Shown in pieces: positions 54,856 through 62,880 of a stretch of DNA of 62,880 nt. The stretch covers positions 1-62,880 of the IMG/VR virus record IMGVR_UViG_3300038468_000027. The stretch is one strand, 5' to 3'. The DNA is from a virus. How positions within the stretch are numbered: the stretch's first letter is position 1; each line of letters starts with the position of its first letter. The position numbers and the translations under genes are program-made. The notes below the pieces were generated by a model. It ran no database searches. It was given only the letters and a program-made list of their open reading frames with translations, and was not told the DNA's origin.

Positions 54856-55940
54856 AGCAGCATCATCCTACCCTATCCCCGTCGAGCTTCCCAGCGATCC
54901 TGCAATGTGCATGCTATGAGTCGGCAGGTGAGATCTCCGAAGAGGCGGATGAGTACGCCTCCCTGGGGACCGAGATGCACGCCCACGTCGAGGCACTTCT
55001 GACCGGAGGGGAGCCCCCGGCGCACGCCCTCATGGAGCAGTCCGACGTCGAGGACTGCGAATGGGCGGCGGACGAGATCAGGCAGTTCTGCGCGGCCAAC
55101 GCTCCTCAATCGCCCATCGAGACCGAGATTCAGGTGCGGCTCTTCGGACGCGACCAGTCGGAGATCACCCACGGGACAAAGGATATCCGCTGCCGCCACA
55201 TCACCGGGGACCTCAAGGCGTGTCTGGACTACTCCCGGGACTACGAGCGGCACGTCCCGCAGCTTGACGTCTACGGACTCGCGGACATGATCGACAACGA
55301 GTGGGATGAGGGGCTGTTCTTCGTCTGCCTGATCCGGCCGCGGAAATTCTACTCCTGGACGCGGACCCGGGCCGAGTGTCAGGCGACGGTTGACTGCGCC
55401 GTCGCTCGCCGCGCCGATCCGGAGAGGTATCCGCAGCCCTGCTTCTACTGCCGGTTCTGCAAGCGGATCCTAAATTGCCCGGCGGTGAACAAGCGCATCG
55501 CGTTGGTGGAGCAGTGCTTCTCCGATTTCTTCGAGGGGGATCTCGACAGTCCGAGCACCATCATCGATCCCGCGAAGATGGACGCGGCCCTGTGCTTTGT
55601 GAGGGAGCAACTCAAGCCATACGCCAAGCGGGTCACGGCGATCGCAGAATCATTCGAGGCCGCGGCTCTTGCGCTCTCCGAGAGGTCGGAACTTCCGCAC
55701 TTCGAGAGACGCGCCAAGTCAACGAAGACCATAGAGAACCTGCCGCGGGCCCTCGAGTTATCAGGATTGCCGGTGGAGGCGTTCTACACGGCGCTGAAAC
55801 TATCCATCCCAAAACTCGCCGCGGCCTACGCGCAGGCGAACGGGCTGAAGCAGAATCCCGCGCGCGCGGAACTTGAGGGTAAGCTCAATGAGGTGATCGT
55901 GTCAGGCGATCCAACGATCTCCCTGGAGTTCCGGCCGTGA
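54852..55940 (+). CDS. PD-(D/E)xK exonuclease with Cas4/AddB-like Cys cluster
   Basis: N-terminal LQCACYES, GTKD...GDLKA core, C-terminal CFYCRFCKRILNC. ATGA overlap with recT. Confidence 0.6.
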   Translation: MKQHHPTLSPSSFPAILQCACYESAGEISEEADEYASLGTEMHAHVEALLTGGEPPAHALMEQSDVEDCEWAADEIRQFCAANAPQSPIETEIQVRLFGRDQSEITHGTKDIRCRHITGDLKACLDYSRDYERHVPQLDVYGLADMIDNEWDEGLFFVCLIRPRKFYSWTRTRAECQATVDCAVARRADPERYPQPCFYCRFCKRILNCPAVNKRIALVEQCFSDFFEGDLDSPSTIIDPAKMDAALCFVREQLKPYAKRVTAIAESFEAAALALSERSELPHFERRAKSTKTIENLPRALELSGLPVEAFYTALKLSIPKLAAAYAQANGLKQNPARAELEGKLNEVIVSGDPTISLEFRP

Positions 55941-57133
55941 CCATCGAGCAGGCACTTTCGTCCCTCGGGTATTCCTCCCTGCGTCCTGGGCAGCGGGAGA
56001 TAATCGAGGCGTCTCTGTCCGGCCGGGACGTTCTCGGGGTGATGCCGACAGGTGGGGGGAAGTCGCTCTGTTATGTCCTCCCCGCGGTCGTGCGGCCCGG
56101 GCTGACGGTCGCGATATCCCCTCTCATTGCCCTCATGATGGACCAGGTGGAGGGACTTCGACGTCGTGGGGTCCGGGCTGAGATGTTGACCTACCATACA
56201 ACCCGCGGACAGGCGTCCGGAATCATCGCTGCTGCATCGAGAGATCTGCAGCTCCTGTACGTCTCCCCGGAGCGCGCGGCCAAGCACGACTTCCGCGAGA
56301 TGATTCGGCGGTCCGGGCGCCTTCGGGCGGTGGTGATCGATGAGGCTCACTGCGTTCTGCAATGGGGCGGGGAGTTCCGGCCGGAATACCTGCAAATCAA
56401 ATCCCTGCGCGAGTCATTCGGGGCGGTGAGGTATTCTGCATACACGGCGACGGCGACCCCATCGGGACGCGACGAGATCTCCGCCGCTCTCGGGCTGCGC
56501 GATCCGTTCCGCCTTGTCGCGTCGTTTGATAGGGTGAACATCCGGTACGTCGTGGCGCCGAAGCTCTTCCGGCTTGAGTCGGACATGAACGATATCCTGC
56601 ATCACATCGGCTCCGGTCCGGGAATCATCTACAGGGCAACCAGGTACTCAGTCGAGGATACCTGCCGGTGCCTGGGCTATACCAACATCGACGCGCTTCC
56701 ATACCACGCTGGTCTGGACGGGCGCGTGAGGAACCGAAATCAGGCGGCGTTCCTAAGCGGAAGGACCCGGGTCATCGTCGCCACGATCGCATTTGGGATG
56801 GGAATCGACAAGCCCGACGTGCGGTGGGTTCTGCACGCGGATCTTCCTCAGAGCATCGAGGCATACTACCAGGAATCAGGGCGGGCGGGAAGGGACGGAA
56901 AGCCGGCGACGGCTACTCTGCTGTGGTCCTACCGAGACATACCCATTGTCCGCCGCATGATCGACTCTGTGAGGTCCCCTGCGATGAGGGAGAGGAACCG
57001 CGCGCAGTTCGAGAGCGTCATCCAGTACGCGACTTCCACCACATGCCGACGGGCGGTGCTTCTTCGGTACTTCGGGCAGAAGGTGGATGGGGATTGCGAG
57101 GTCTGCGGGAACTGCGACGTGTGTGGAGATTGA
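55937..57133 (+). CDS. recQ: RecQ-family helicase core (no WH/HRDC domains)
   Basis: MPTGGGKSLCYVLPA, DEAHCVLQWGGEFRPEY, YHAGL, ATIAFGMGIDKPDVRWVLH..PQSIEAYYQESGRAGRDG, and Zn module CRR..LLRYFG..C..CGNCDVC. Confidence 0.9.
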   Translation: MTIEQALSSLGYSSLRPGQREIIEASLSGRDVLGVMPTGGGKSLCYVLPAVVRPGLTVAISPLIALMMDQVEGLRRRGVRAEMLTYHTTRGQASGIIAAASRDLQLLYVSPERAAKHDFREMIRRSGRLRAVVIDEAHCVLQWGGEFRPEYLQIKSLRESFGAVRYSAYTATATPSGRDEISAALGLRDPFRLVASFDRVNIRYVVAPKLFRLESDMNDILHHIGSGPGIIYRATRYSVEDTCRCLGYTNIDALPYHAGLDGRVRNRNQAAFLSGRTRVIVATIAFGMGIDKPDVRWVLHADLPQSIEAYYQESGRAGRDGKPATATLLWSYRDIPIVRRMIDSVRSPAMRERNRAQFESVIQYATSTTCRRAVLLRYFGQKVDGDCEVCGNCDVCGD

Positions 57134-57144
57134 CAAAATACTAC

Positions 57145-57173
57145 TTGCGCGAATGCCGTGCGAGTGTTATATT
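57145..57173 (+). promoter_or_regulatory. Promoter TTGCGC-N17-TATATT
   Basis: Read from the sequence. Confidence 0.5.
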
Positions 57174-57192
57174 ACTTCTATGCGACATCGGC

Positions 57193-57300
57193 CTGTTACT
57201 CCATTAACAGACTAAACAGCCCAGCGAGCAACCCTCGCCATGCCCCTCGTTTGTCCGTGCCGGTGTCGCAGCCTCAACGGACAGGCAGGGGCGGGCTTTT
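57193..57300 (+). promoter_or_regulatory. Structured 5' leader (three hairpins, the last followed by a T-run) upstream of the replication gene
   Basis: CTGTTA/TAACAG (57193..57210), GCGAG/CTCGC (57224..57238), and a bipartite 6+7-bp stem at 57242..57292 followed by GGGCTTTT. Confidence 0.4.
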
Positions 57301-57312
57301 ACATCGGCGGCG

Positions 57313-58122
57313 GTGGTGGCGCGTAACCCGGCATTCCTTTTCTACCCGGATTCGTGGATCGGTGGGACTCATCTTCTGTCGCGGCTGCAACGAGGTGGAT
57401 ACCACGACATACTGATGGAGCAGTTCAACGACCCGAACCACTCCCTGAGTCCAGACCAAATACGGCAGATCCTTGGACCAGATTACGATGTAATATGGCC
57501 TGCAATCATGTCTAAATTCATATCATCTTCGGACGGTAGGTTGTACAACGAAAGACTCAACACCGAAATTGACAAAAGGGCTGCATATTGTGATTCGAGG
57601 GGGTCCAATAAGCGCGGTAAGTGTATGTCGAAAAACACGATGGGTAGAAAATCATATGATAATCATACGGTTTCGTATGATAATCATATGGGAAATAGGA
57701 AAGAGGAAATAGGAAAGAGGAAAGAGGAAGATGGAAAAGAGGGGGTGCAGGGGGAGACTGAAAAGTCACTCCACACCCAGATCATCGAAACATGGTTCCG
57801 GGTATTTGAGGAAGTCCGCAAAGTGAAGCCGGCATTCATCCGGCAGGGCAAGGGCAACTATCCAAAGGCAGCCCAGGCGCTGGCAGCGTTCGGCCGGCCG
57901 ATCGGGGACTATGAAAGGGCCATGCACAACGGATTTGCGGATTATTCTTGGCACGGACCAAAGATGGAATTGGGGTATCTCGCGGACCATTTCAATGAGC
58001 TCCTGACCTTGGTTCCGCCAAAACCAAAACAGCAGATCGGTCCGCAGCACATCACCAAACAAGAACTGGAAGACCAGGCGCGGGAATTTATGAGGAGGAC
58101 AGCACATGAGCGTCAGCCATGA
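57313..58122 (+). CDS. DUF1376 (YdaU-like) replication-associated protein
   Basis: NPAFLFYPDSWIGGTHLLSRLQRGGYHDILMEQF. The central low-complexity linker coincides with DNA repeats. Confidence 0.6.
   Translation: MVARNPAFLFYPDSWIGGTHLLSRLQRGGYHDILMEQFNDPNHSLSPDQIRQILGPDYDVIWPAIMSKFISSSDGRLYNERLNTEIDKRAAYCDSRGSNKRGKCMSKNTMGRKSYDNHTVSYDNHMGNRKEEIGKRKEEDGKEGVQGETEKSLHTQIIETWFRVFEEVRKVKPAFIRQGKGNYPKAAQALAAFGRPIGDYERAMHNGFADYSWHGPKMELGYLADHFNELLTLVPPKPKQQIGPQHITKQELEDQAREFMRRTAHERQP
57655..57746. repeat. Ori-like element: two 13-bp palindromes 21 bp apart plus a purine-tract direct repeat
   Basis: TATGATAATCATA at 57655..57667 and 57676..57688. GGAAATAGGAAAGA x2 (57691..57718), then GGAAAGAGGAAGATGGAAAAGAGGGGG. 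Confidence 0.55.
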
Positions 58123-58756
58123 GAAATTTGCAGTTGCTATGACCTATCTACAAAGCATGTTCGGCAAGAAACTTGATAGCGACGTGATGGTCGTCTACTG
58201 GACACGTCTCAAGGTGCTATCCGATGCCCAATTCGACGCCGCTGTCAAAAACATCATCGACAACTTCACACCATCGGCCGCGTGCCCTTTCCCGGTTCCA
58301 GCCACGTTTCTCAAGGGCTGTGGCCAGGATCTTGACTCCCTGGCGCAGAGTGCAATCGGAGCAATCAAAAGGGCGGCAGAGATACACGGCGCATACATGA
58401 CTATTGATTTTGGGGACCCGGCACTACACGCTACTATCAACAGATTTGGCGGTTGGCCGGAGATTGCGCGATGGGCGTGCCACGTTCCGAGCAAGTGGGA
58501 GTTTCAGGAACGCAACTTCATTGCCGCATACAAAGCGGCTAGGGAATCGGGCGACGGAGACGGACCGTGCGCTGGCATATTCCTGATAGAGAACTCGATC
58601 AAGACGCTCAGTGACAGACAAAAACAGCTTGTCAAAAAAGAGATGACTCCGGTCAAAGTCGGGTGGAGCGGTTCCAACTTTCAACTGGAATACAAGGATC
58701 GAGATCAAATAACAATGGCTGATTGTATGGGTGGGCTTGTGAAGTCAATGCCATGA
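58106..58756 (+). CDS. Replication-associated protein (helicase-loader-like?)
   Basis: Position after the DUF1376 gene. The N-terminus YLQSMFGKKL...VVYWTRLKVLSDAQFDAAVKNII..F.PS is reminiscent of G39P-type loaders. Weak call. Confidence 0.4.
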   Translation: MSVSHEKFAVAMTYLQSMFGKKLDSDVMVVYWTRLKVLSDAQFDAAVKNIIDNFTPSAACPFPVPATFLKGCGQDLDSLAQSAIGAIKRAAEIHGAYMTIDFGDPALHATINRFGGWPEIARWACHVPSKWEFQERNFIAAYKAARESGDGDGPCAGIFLIENSIKTLSDRQKQLVKKEMTPVKVGWSGSNFQLEYKDRDQITMADCMGGLVKSMP

Positions 58757-58808
58757 TGAACACAGCAGATGACCACCACACCGGCGGCATGAGCCGCGAG
58801 GGGGATAG

Positions 58809-59036
58809 ATGATTGATCGTGCCGACATTCGCCGCCGCTGGTGTTTGATGATAGAGCCTGCGCTGATCCGTGCGTGTAAGGCGCAGTCCAAGAAGTATCC
58901 CGGCACGGTGCGCGGCAAAATCGGGGCGGCTGGAGGGTACGTGCGCAATGCGGTGATTCGTGCTCTCAAGGCGGATGGGGTAGATTTCACCAAAATCACC
59001 CCGGACGTTTATGTGATTGATCGTCCTGACAGATAG
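58809..59036 (+). CDS. Hypothetical protein
   Basis: ORF with GGGGGA upstream. Confidence 0.5.
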   Translation: MIDRADIRRRWCLMIEPALIRACKAQSKKYPGTVRGKIGAAGGYVRNAVIRALKADGVDFTKITPDVYVIDRPDR

Positions 59037-59098
59037 ATATATATACTTCGTCATGGAGCGAGTTAGGCGAAACTCCAGTCGCGAAAGGAACATCTTGT

Positions 59099-59371
59099 AT
59101 GGCGCAACGAAAAGTCAAACGGTATCGCCCTTCGTGGGAACGGCAGAAAATGGTCTGGGACCCTTTTGGTATGTGGGTTCGGTACGTTGCGCCGGACACC
59201 AAGGAAATCGCTCCTTCCGCATCGCCTAACTACCGCAAGGGCAAAACCGTGCGCTCACTGAATGGGTGGAGACCCTACAGTGATTGCGTGTTAGATTGTT
59301 CTGGTAAGTACATTCGTGGCAACTGTATAGATTGCCCAACTTATAGGCGCACGGCATCGCCCGTTGCGTGA
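59099..59371 (+). CDS. Hypothetical basic Cys-containing protein
   Basis: ORF. Confidence 0.5.
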   Translation: MAQRKVKRYRPSWERQKMVWDPFGMWVRYVAPDTKEIAPSASPNYRKGKTVRSLNGWRPYSDCVLDCSGKYIRGNCIDCPTYRRTASPVA

Positions 59372-59421
59372 TCGTTGGGACGCCACTCCGGTCGGCTTTT
59401 ATGTAAAGGAGGCGCGGCGAT

Positions 59422-59706
59422 ATGACACGATGCGAAAGATGCGTTTCTGAGATGAACGCCGTCTGCGTAGACATCTATGGGAGCGACGGCTGTCCACCGT
59501 GCGGTCACGAGGCCATAGACTCGGCAATTCTGCGGGAGATCGCCGCGCTGAAAGCCGAGGTGGCCTCCCTCCGCCGCGCCCAACTCCGCCAGCCTGCCAT
59601 TTGCGCTCATCATCGTAAATACGAGCCGTGCGTGTGGGGTACTGAAACTAAGTGCGGGGCTTTGGTCTGCGAATTTACTCCGCGCAAACAGCAGGCGGGT
59701 GGCTGA
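59422..59706 (+). CDS. Cys-rich hypothetical protein (94 aa)
   Basis: AGGAGGCG upstream; CERC ... CPPCG ... further Cys residues. Confidence 0.6.
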   Translation: MTRCERCVSEMNAVCVDIYGSDGCPPCGHEAIDSAILREIAALKAEVASLRRAQLRQPAICAHHRKYEPCVWGTETKCGALVCEFTPRKQQAGG

Positions 59707-59764
59707 CCGCTGTCTGCAATTTCGGTTTCTCTGGAATTGTAGGCGGCGCGAAGAAAGGGAGATT

Positions 59765-60046
59765 ATGATTTTTGCTGTGGCTGGGACTTTTACAAAGCAT
59801 ATACCATCTGGCCTAAACATACAGTGTGCTATACGAAAGATTGAGGCGGTATCTGGTGATGAGGCAGCAGGTAAATTTCTACGTATTATGACTGATGAGT
59901 TACCAGAGCATGGTATACACGTTCGACCTGTTTATGTACCGATGGAAGACGCGCCGCAGGACACTGTGGAAGAAACCGAAACAGCAGACAACAGCCGCGT
60001 TACGCAAGGGGTGAGTACACCCACATTGCCAGAGGCAACGTCGTAA
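59765..60046 (+). CDS. Second copy of 322..603
   Basis: Inside repeat copy B. Confidence 0.55.
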   Translation: MIFAVAGTFTKHIPSGLNIQCAIRKIEAVSGDEAAGKFLRIMTDELPEHGIHVRPVYVPMEDAPQDTVEETETADNSRVTQGVSTPTLPEATS

Positions 60047-60084
60047 CACGGCGCACGTTAGCGGCCATTGCGCCGGAGGGCGAT

Positions 60085-60729
60085 ATGATAGGTGCGCCGT
60101 CCTTTAACAAGCAATGGAGTAGCGTTTGTCGCATTTATGATGCGCCGCGCTCTTCCGTCAATTGGATGGTTCGTAGACACTATTTGGGCAAGTGGCCTGG
60201 CGTCGTGAGATGCTGCCTTGTAATGGTAGCCAAAGCCGAGCCGGTCGGCTGCATCATTTTCTCGGAGCCGCCGCGAGAAACAAACGTCCGTTACGGTGGC
60301 AAGGGTTTTGAGTTAGCTCGGCTTTGGATTGATGATAATGTGCCGCGGAATGCGGAAACGTGGTTCATTGCGCAGTCTGTCAAAATCGTTCGCAGGAGAT
60401 TTCCGGGGCTGTCTTATCTTGTTAGCTACGCAGATCCAAGCGCGGGGCACCGCGGCACGATATACAAGGCAGCAAATTGGACTGCTGACGGTATGACTGA
60501 CGCCGGGCGGAAGACACCTCGTTGCGATTACGTGGATGAGCGCGGCAAGAAGTATTCGAGGCGGTCTCACGTTCCTCATGGTTCGGTGATATCAAGGGTT
60601 CCTCGCGTATCAAAGTTCCGGTTTGTGTACCGGCTGAACGGCGCACTGAAGACTGCGGAATCCGGCGCAACAGCCGCTAACAGCGGTAGGGATGCCATGC
60701 CGCTGACATTGTGGAATGATGATAAATAG
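60085..60729 (+). CDS. Second copy of the Mom-family-like acyltransferase (642..1286)
   Basis: Inside repeat copy B. Confidence 0.6.
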   Translation: MIGAPSFNKQWSSVCRIYDAPRSSVNWMVRRHYLGKWPGVVRCCLVMVAKAEPVGCIIFSEPPRETNVRYGGKGFELARLWIDDNVPRNAETWFIAQSVKIVRRRFPGLSYLVSYADPSAGHRGTIYKAANWTADGMTDAGRKTPRCDYVDERGKKYSRRSHVPHGSVISRVPRVSKFRFVYRLNGALKTAESGATAANSGRDAMPLTLWNDDK

Positions 60730-60800
60730 GCGGCACGGCATCCGTACCGCGAACGTTGGCAGAAACTCCAGTCATGCTCTTTACATTAAGGAGGTCGGCT

Positions 60801-61064
60801 ATGTGGGTTGTCGTAGCATTTGTGGTTGGAGTAGCGGTTGGCGTGATCTTGGAATGGTCAGCCTGGACTCGGTGTCGCCGACAGCACATGGGGGTAGGCA
60901 TTCCTTCCGCATCTGCCAACTCACGCATGGCGCAACTTCCGCCTATTGATAGGGCCATTGCTGAGTGTGGTATTCGGCCTGGCAGGAGTGATCGTGCCGC
61001 GTTTGAGTATACTGGTGCAAATTTCATGTATCAATATCTGCGGCGGAAACTACCGCCATGCTGA
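60801..61064 (+). CDS. Second copy of 1358..1621
   Basis: Inside repeat copy B. Confidence 0.6.
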   Translation: MWVVVAFVVGVAVGVILEWSAWTRCRRQHMGVGIPSASANSRMAQLPPIDRAIAECGIRPGRSDRAAFEYTGANFMYQYLRRKLPPC

Positions 61065-61112
61065 ACCGTTGTGGTACATTGTCAATTTATCTTATGGTAT
61101 TGAGGCGGCTCT

Positions 61113-61328
61113 ATGAATATATGCGATGATTGCCCTAATTCGGCTGAAGTGGAACGTAGGCGGCAGTGCTTCGATTGTGTCGGCGGGGACGAGCCGCTGG
61201 ACACTGAGGTAGAAATTGCCAACGCCCCACAACAGCCGCAGGAACGCCATTGCTCACACGATGAGTGGAGCAGCGATCCATGTACTGGCATCAAGGTGTG
61301 TGTAGATTGCGGTCGAGTTATCAATTAG
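61113..61328 (+). CDS. Second copy of 1670..1885
   Basis: Inside repeat copy B. Confidence 0.6.
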   Translation: MNICDDCPNSAEVERRRQCFDCVGGDEPLDTEVEIANAPQQPQERHCSHDEWSSDPCTGIKVCVDCGRVIN

Positions 61329-61397
61329 CAACGGCGTCCGTGCGGCGGGCGTTGTGCGAAATAACCGCCCGGAACTTTACAGAAAGGCGCGGCCAAG

Positions 61398-61730
61398 ATG
61401 ACACTACCTCAGTGTGGATGTAAGCTACAAAATTATTTAGGATTACCGAAGCCGACGATGTCCGGTGCACTGGCGAAATATTGGATCGAATGCCCGTGCT
61501 GTGGCAAAAGCACGTCGCAGTGTTGCAGCAAGTCAGTTGCTCGTCGTCAGTGGCGGGTGATGGCCGCGCTGGACATTAAGGAGCGGGCGGTTAAATCTCC
61601 TAACCCACGAAGCCCGAAATTGCCGACACTCGAAGAGTTTGCTTCAGAGTGCTATAAGCACGGCATGGTAGAGTGGCAGGCACGGTTGTTTTACGAGTGG
61701 GTGTGTCAGCAACTTCGGGCGGGTGCGTGA
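61398..61730 (+). CDS. Second copy of 1955..2287
   Basis: Inside repeat copy B. Confidence 0.5.
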   Translation: MTLPQCGCKLQNYLGLPKPTMSGALAKYWIECPCCGKSTSQCCSKSVARRQWRVMAALDIKERAVKSPNPRSPKLPTLEEFASECYKHGMVEWQARLFYEWVCQQLRAGA

Positions 61731-61787
61731 GCGCGTTAGGCAAAATTTGCGGGGCTTTGAATTTATAGGCCGCCGCAGGGAGGTGGT

Positions 61788-62087
61788 ATGACAGACGTTG
61801 AACAGGCTACGGAGCTTTTGCGCAAACTCGCAGCAGCGCAACGAGCTTTTGACAGGTTGGATGGCTTCGATAAGCTGATTACAGAATCGGAAGTCCGGTT
61901 GCGTTACGATGCCATTGTTGGCTCGTTGCTTGTCTTTGAAAGTGACGTTCGTTCTATGCGCGACCAGTGGAAGGCGGAGGACATTGCTCAATCGGCGGCG
62001 GCAGAACTGGCGGAAGCCCCGCAAACTTCGCCTAACAAACCAATGGTGTCCGCTTCGCAAATTGCCGCTGACACTAACGAATTATAG
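61788..62087 (+). CDS. Second copy of 2345..2644
   Basis: Inside repeat copy B. Confidence 0.6.
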   Translation: MTDVEQATELLRKLAAAQRAFDRLDGFDKLITESEVRLRYDAIVGSLLVFESDVRSMRDQWKAEDIAQSAAAELAEAPQTSPNKPMVSASQIAADTNEL

Positions 62088-62096
62088 GAGGCGGCG

Positions 62097-62351
62097 ATGC
62101 GTGATCTAAAGTGGTTTCGCTCTCTTGGAAAAAGAGACTTTGCTAATGGTGCTGTGCTCAACGACATTGATGAGGTTTTCCGGTATGCCGCCGCCAAACT
62201 GGAGGAACCCGCTCCTTCCACAACCGGCAACACGGCCAATACTGCCATTGGGCTGCTTCGTGCCGTGGTCTTTCACATTGACGAAATCAAGTTCGGTTGT
62301 CTCAAGGGGCTGGAATCCGATATTCGCGAGTGGGCAGCCCAACAGCAGTAG
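62097..62351 (+). CDS. Second copy of 2654..2908
   Basis: Inside repeat copy B. Confidence 0.6.
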   Translation: MRDLKWFRSLGKRDFANGAVLNDIDEVFRYAAAKLEEPAPSTTGNTANTAIGLLRAVVFHIDEIKFGCLKGLESDIREWAAQQQ

Positions 62352-62542
62352 TTGGCCAGGGCGTTGCCGGAAATAAATCCGGCTTTGGAGGTTGTAGTTT
62401 GAAAACGCTCATCGAACACATAGCGGCGACGGCCCTGCCCGATCAGCGGGGTCCAAGTGTAGGGGTACTCGTTCCTGGTAGTTGCGCCATTTCCCCCGTG
62501 GCCGTGGATGTCCTGAACAGTCGCTGCGCTTATCATAGAGAA

Positions 62543-62572
62543 GCGGGGTGCCGCAAGGTGCCCCGCGTTTTC
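62543..62572 (+). terminator. Second copy of the terminator at 3100..3129
   Basis: Inside repeat copy B. Confidence 0.7.
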
Positions 62573-62805
62573 AAAAGAGGACGCACTGTGGCCGGGTTTA
62601 CATCCGACAACAGGGGCAAGTAAGAAATTGACGAAAGGAGTCTTGGTGTGTTTATCATCGGCGGGTTGCTTGCAGGTGGTATTGCGGTTGCAGTGGTTAT
62701 TGCCGGGTGGAAGTTGGGTCGATAATAGTTCGTCAACTTCTCACTTGCCCAGGCGTTGGCAGAAACTACAGTCGCTCAAAGTCAACATATTCATAGGCGG
62801 CAACG

Positions 62806-62880
62806 ATGAGCAAAGTATACAGCATAGGCCTTAAGTGCAAGTGCGGTGAATACGTGACGTTCGACATCGTGCCGAAGGTT
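62806..62880 (+). CDS. 5' part of the second copy of 3363..3620 (cut by the window end)
   Basis: Inside repeat copy B. Confidence 0.6.
   Translation, partial: MSKVYSIGLKCKCGEYVTFDIVPKV

Larger units (their letters stand above)
59444..62880. repeat. Direct repeat copy B, identical to 1..3437
   Basis: Same as copy A; offset 59,443 bp. Confidence 0.95.

Noticed and set aside
1-62880. Integrase/excisionase-based lysogeny module, tRNA genes, DGR reverse transcriptase, DNA polymerase
   Set aside because: I looked for Tyr/Ser recombinase motifs, cloverleaf-like sequences in intergenic gaps, YxDD reverse-transcriptase motifs and polymerase motifs, and found none by eye. A tRNAscan or HMM run is needed to be certain.

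Overview
The window is a complete, siphovirus-like tailed-phage genome. It is written past its own end: bases 1..3437 recur exactly at 59444..62880, giving a 59,443-bp unit. This is either a circular or concatemeric wrap, or a long direct terminal repeat. All genes are on the + strand except a two-gene island at 16491..16950. Layout: (i) about 16 kb of small early genes. Many are Cys-rich zinc-ribbon proteins. This block also holds a Mom-like DNA-modification acyltransferase, a radical-SAM/HNH pair, an SMC-like ATPase, and MmcB-like, ASCH, DUF488 and DUF551 proteins. (ii) a packaging and head module (TerS, TerL, portal-MuF fusion, protease-scaffold fusion, HK97-fold capsid, connectors). (iii) a 12-kb, 14-gene sugar-modification island at 26840..38867, translationally coupled to the head-tail adaptor gene. 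It has about 9 glycosyltransferase-like proteins including two tandem paralog pairs, a DegT-type aminotransferase, an FkbM methyltransferase, two radical-SAM enzymes and a SunS-like GT2-TPR enzyme. It has no membrane or lipid-carrier components. (iv) a lysis cassette. (v) a tail module: a 1045-aa protein with a tail-terminator-like C-terminus, tube, G/GT chaperones with a GGGTTTA -1 frameshift site, tape measure, distal tail proteins and fiber. (vi) a recombination/replication module: RecT, Cas4-like nuclease, RecQ-core helicase and a DUF1376 initiator-like protein with an ori-like iteron/purine tract inside its gene. The main non-coding oddities are three strongly G-skewed blocks dense in GGA motifs flanking gene 12983..13438, and a consensus promoter followed by a structured ~200-nt RNA and a terminator at 8743..8980. 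I saw no integrase, DNA polymerase, tRNA, rRNA or CRISPR array. All homology calls come from motif recognition by eye and need HMM or structure searches.
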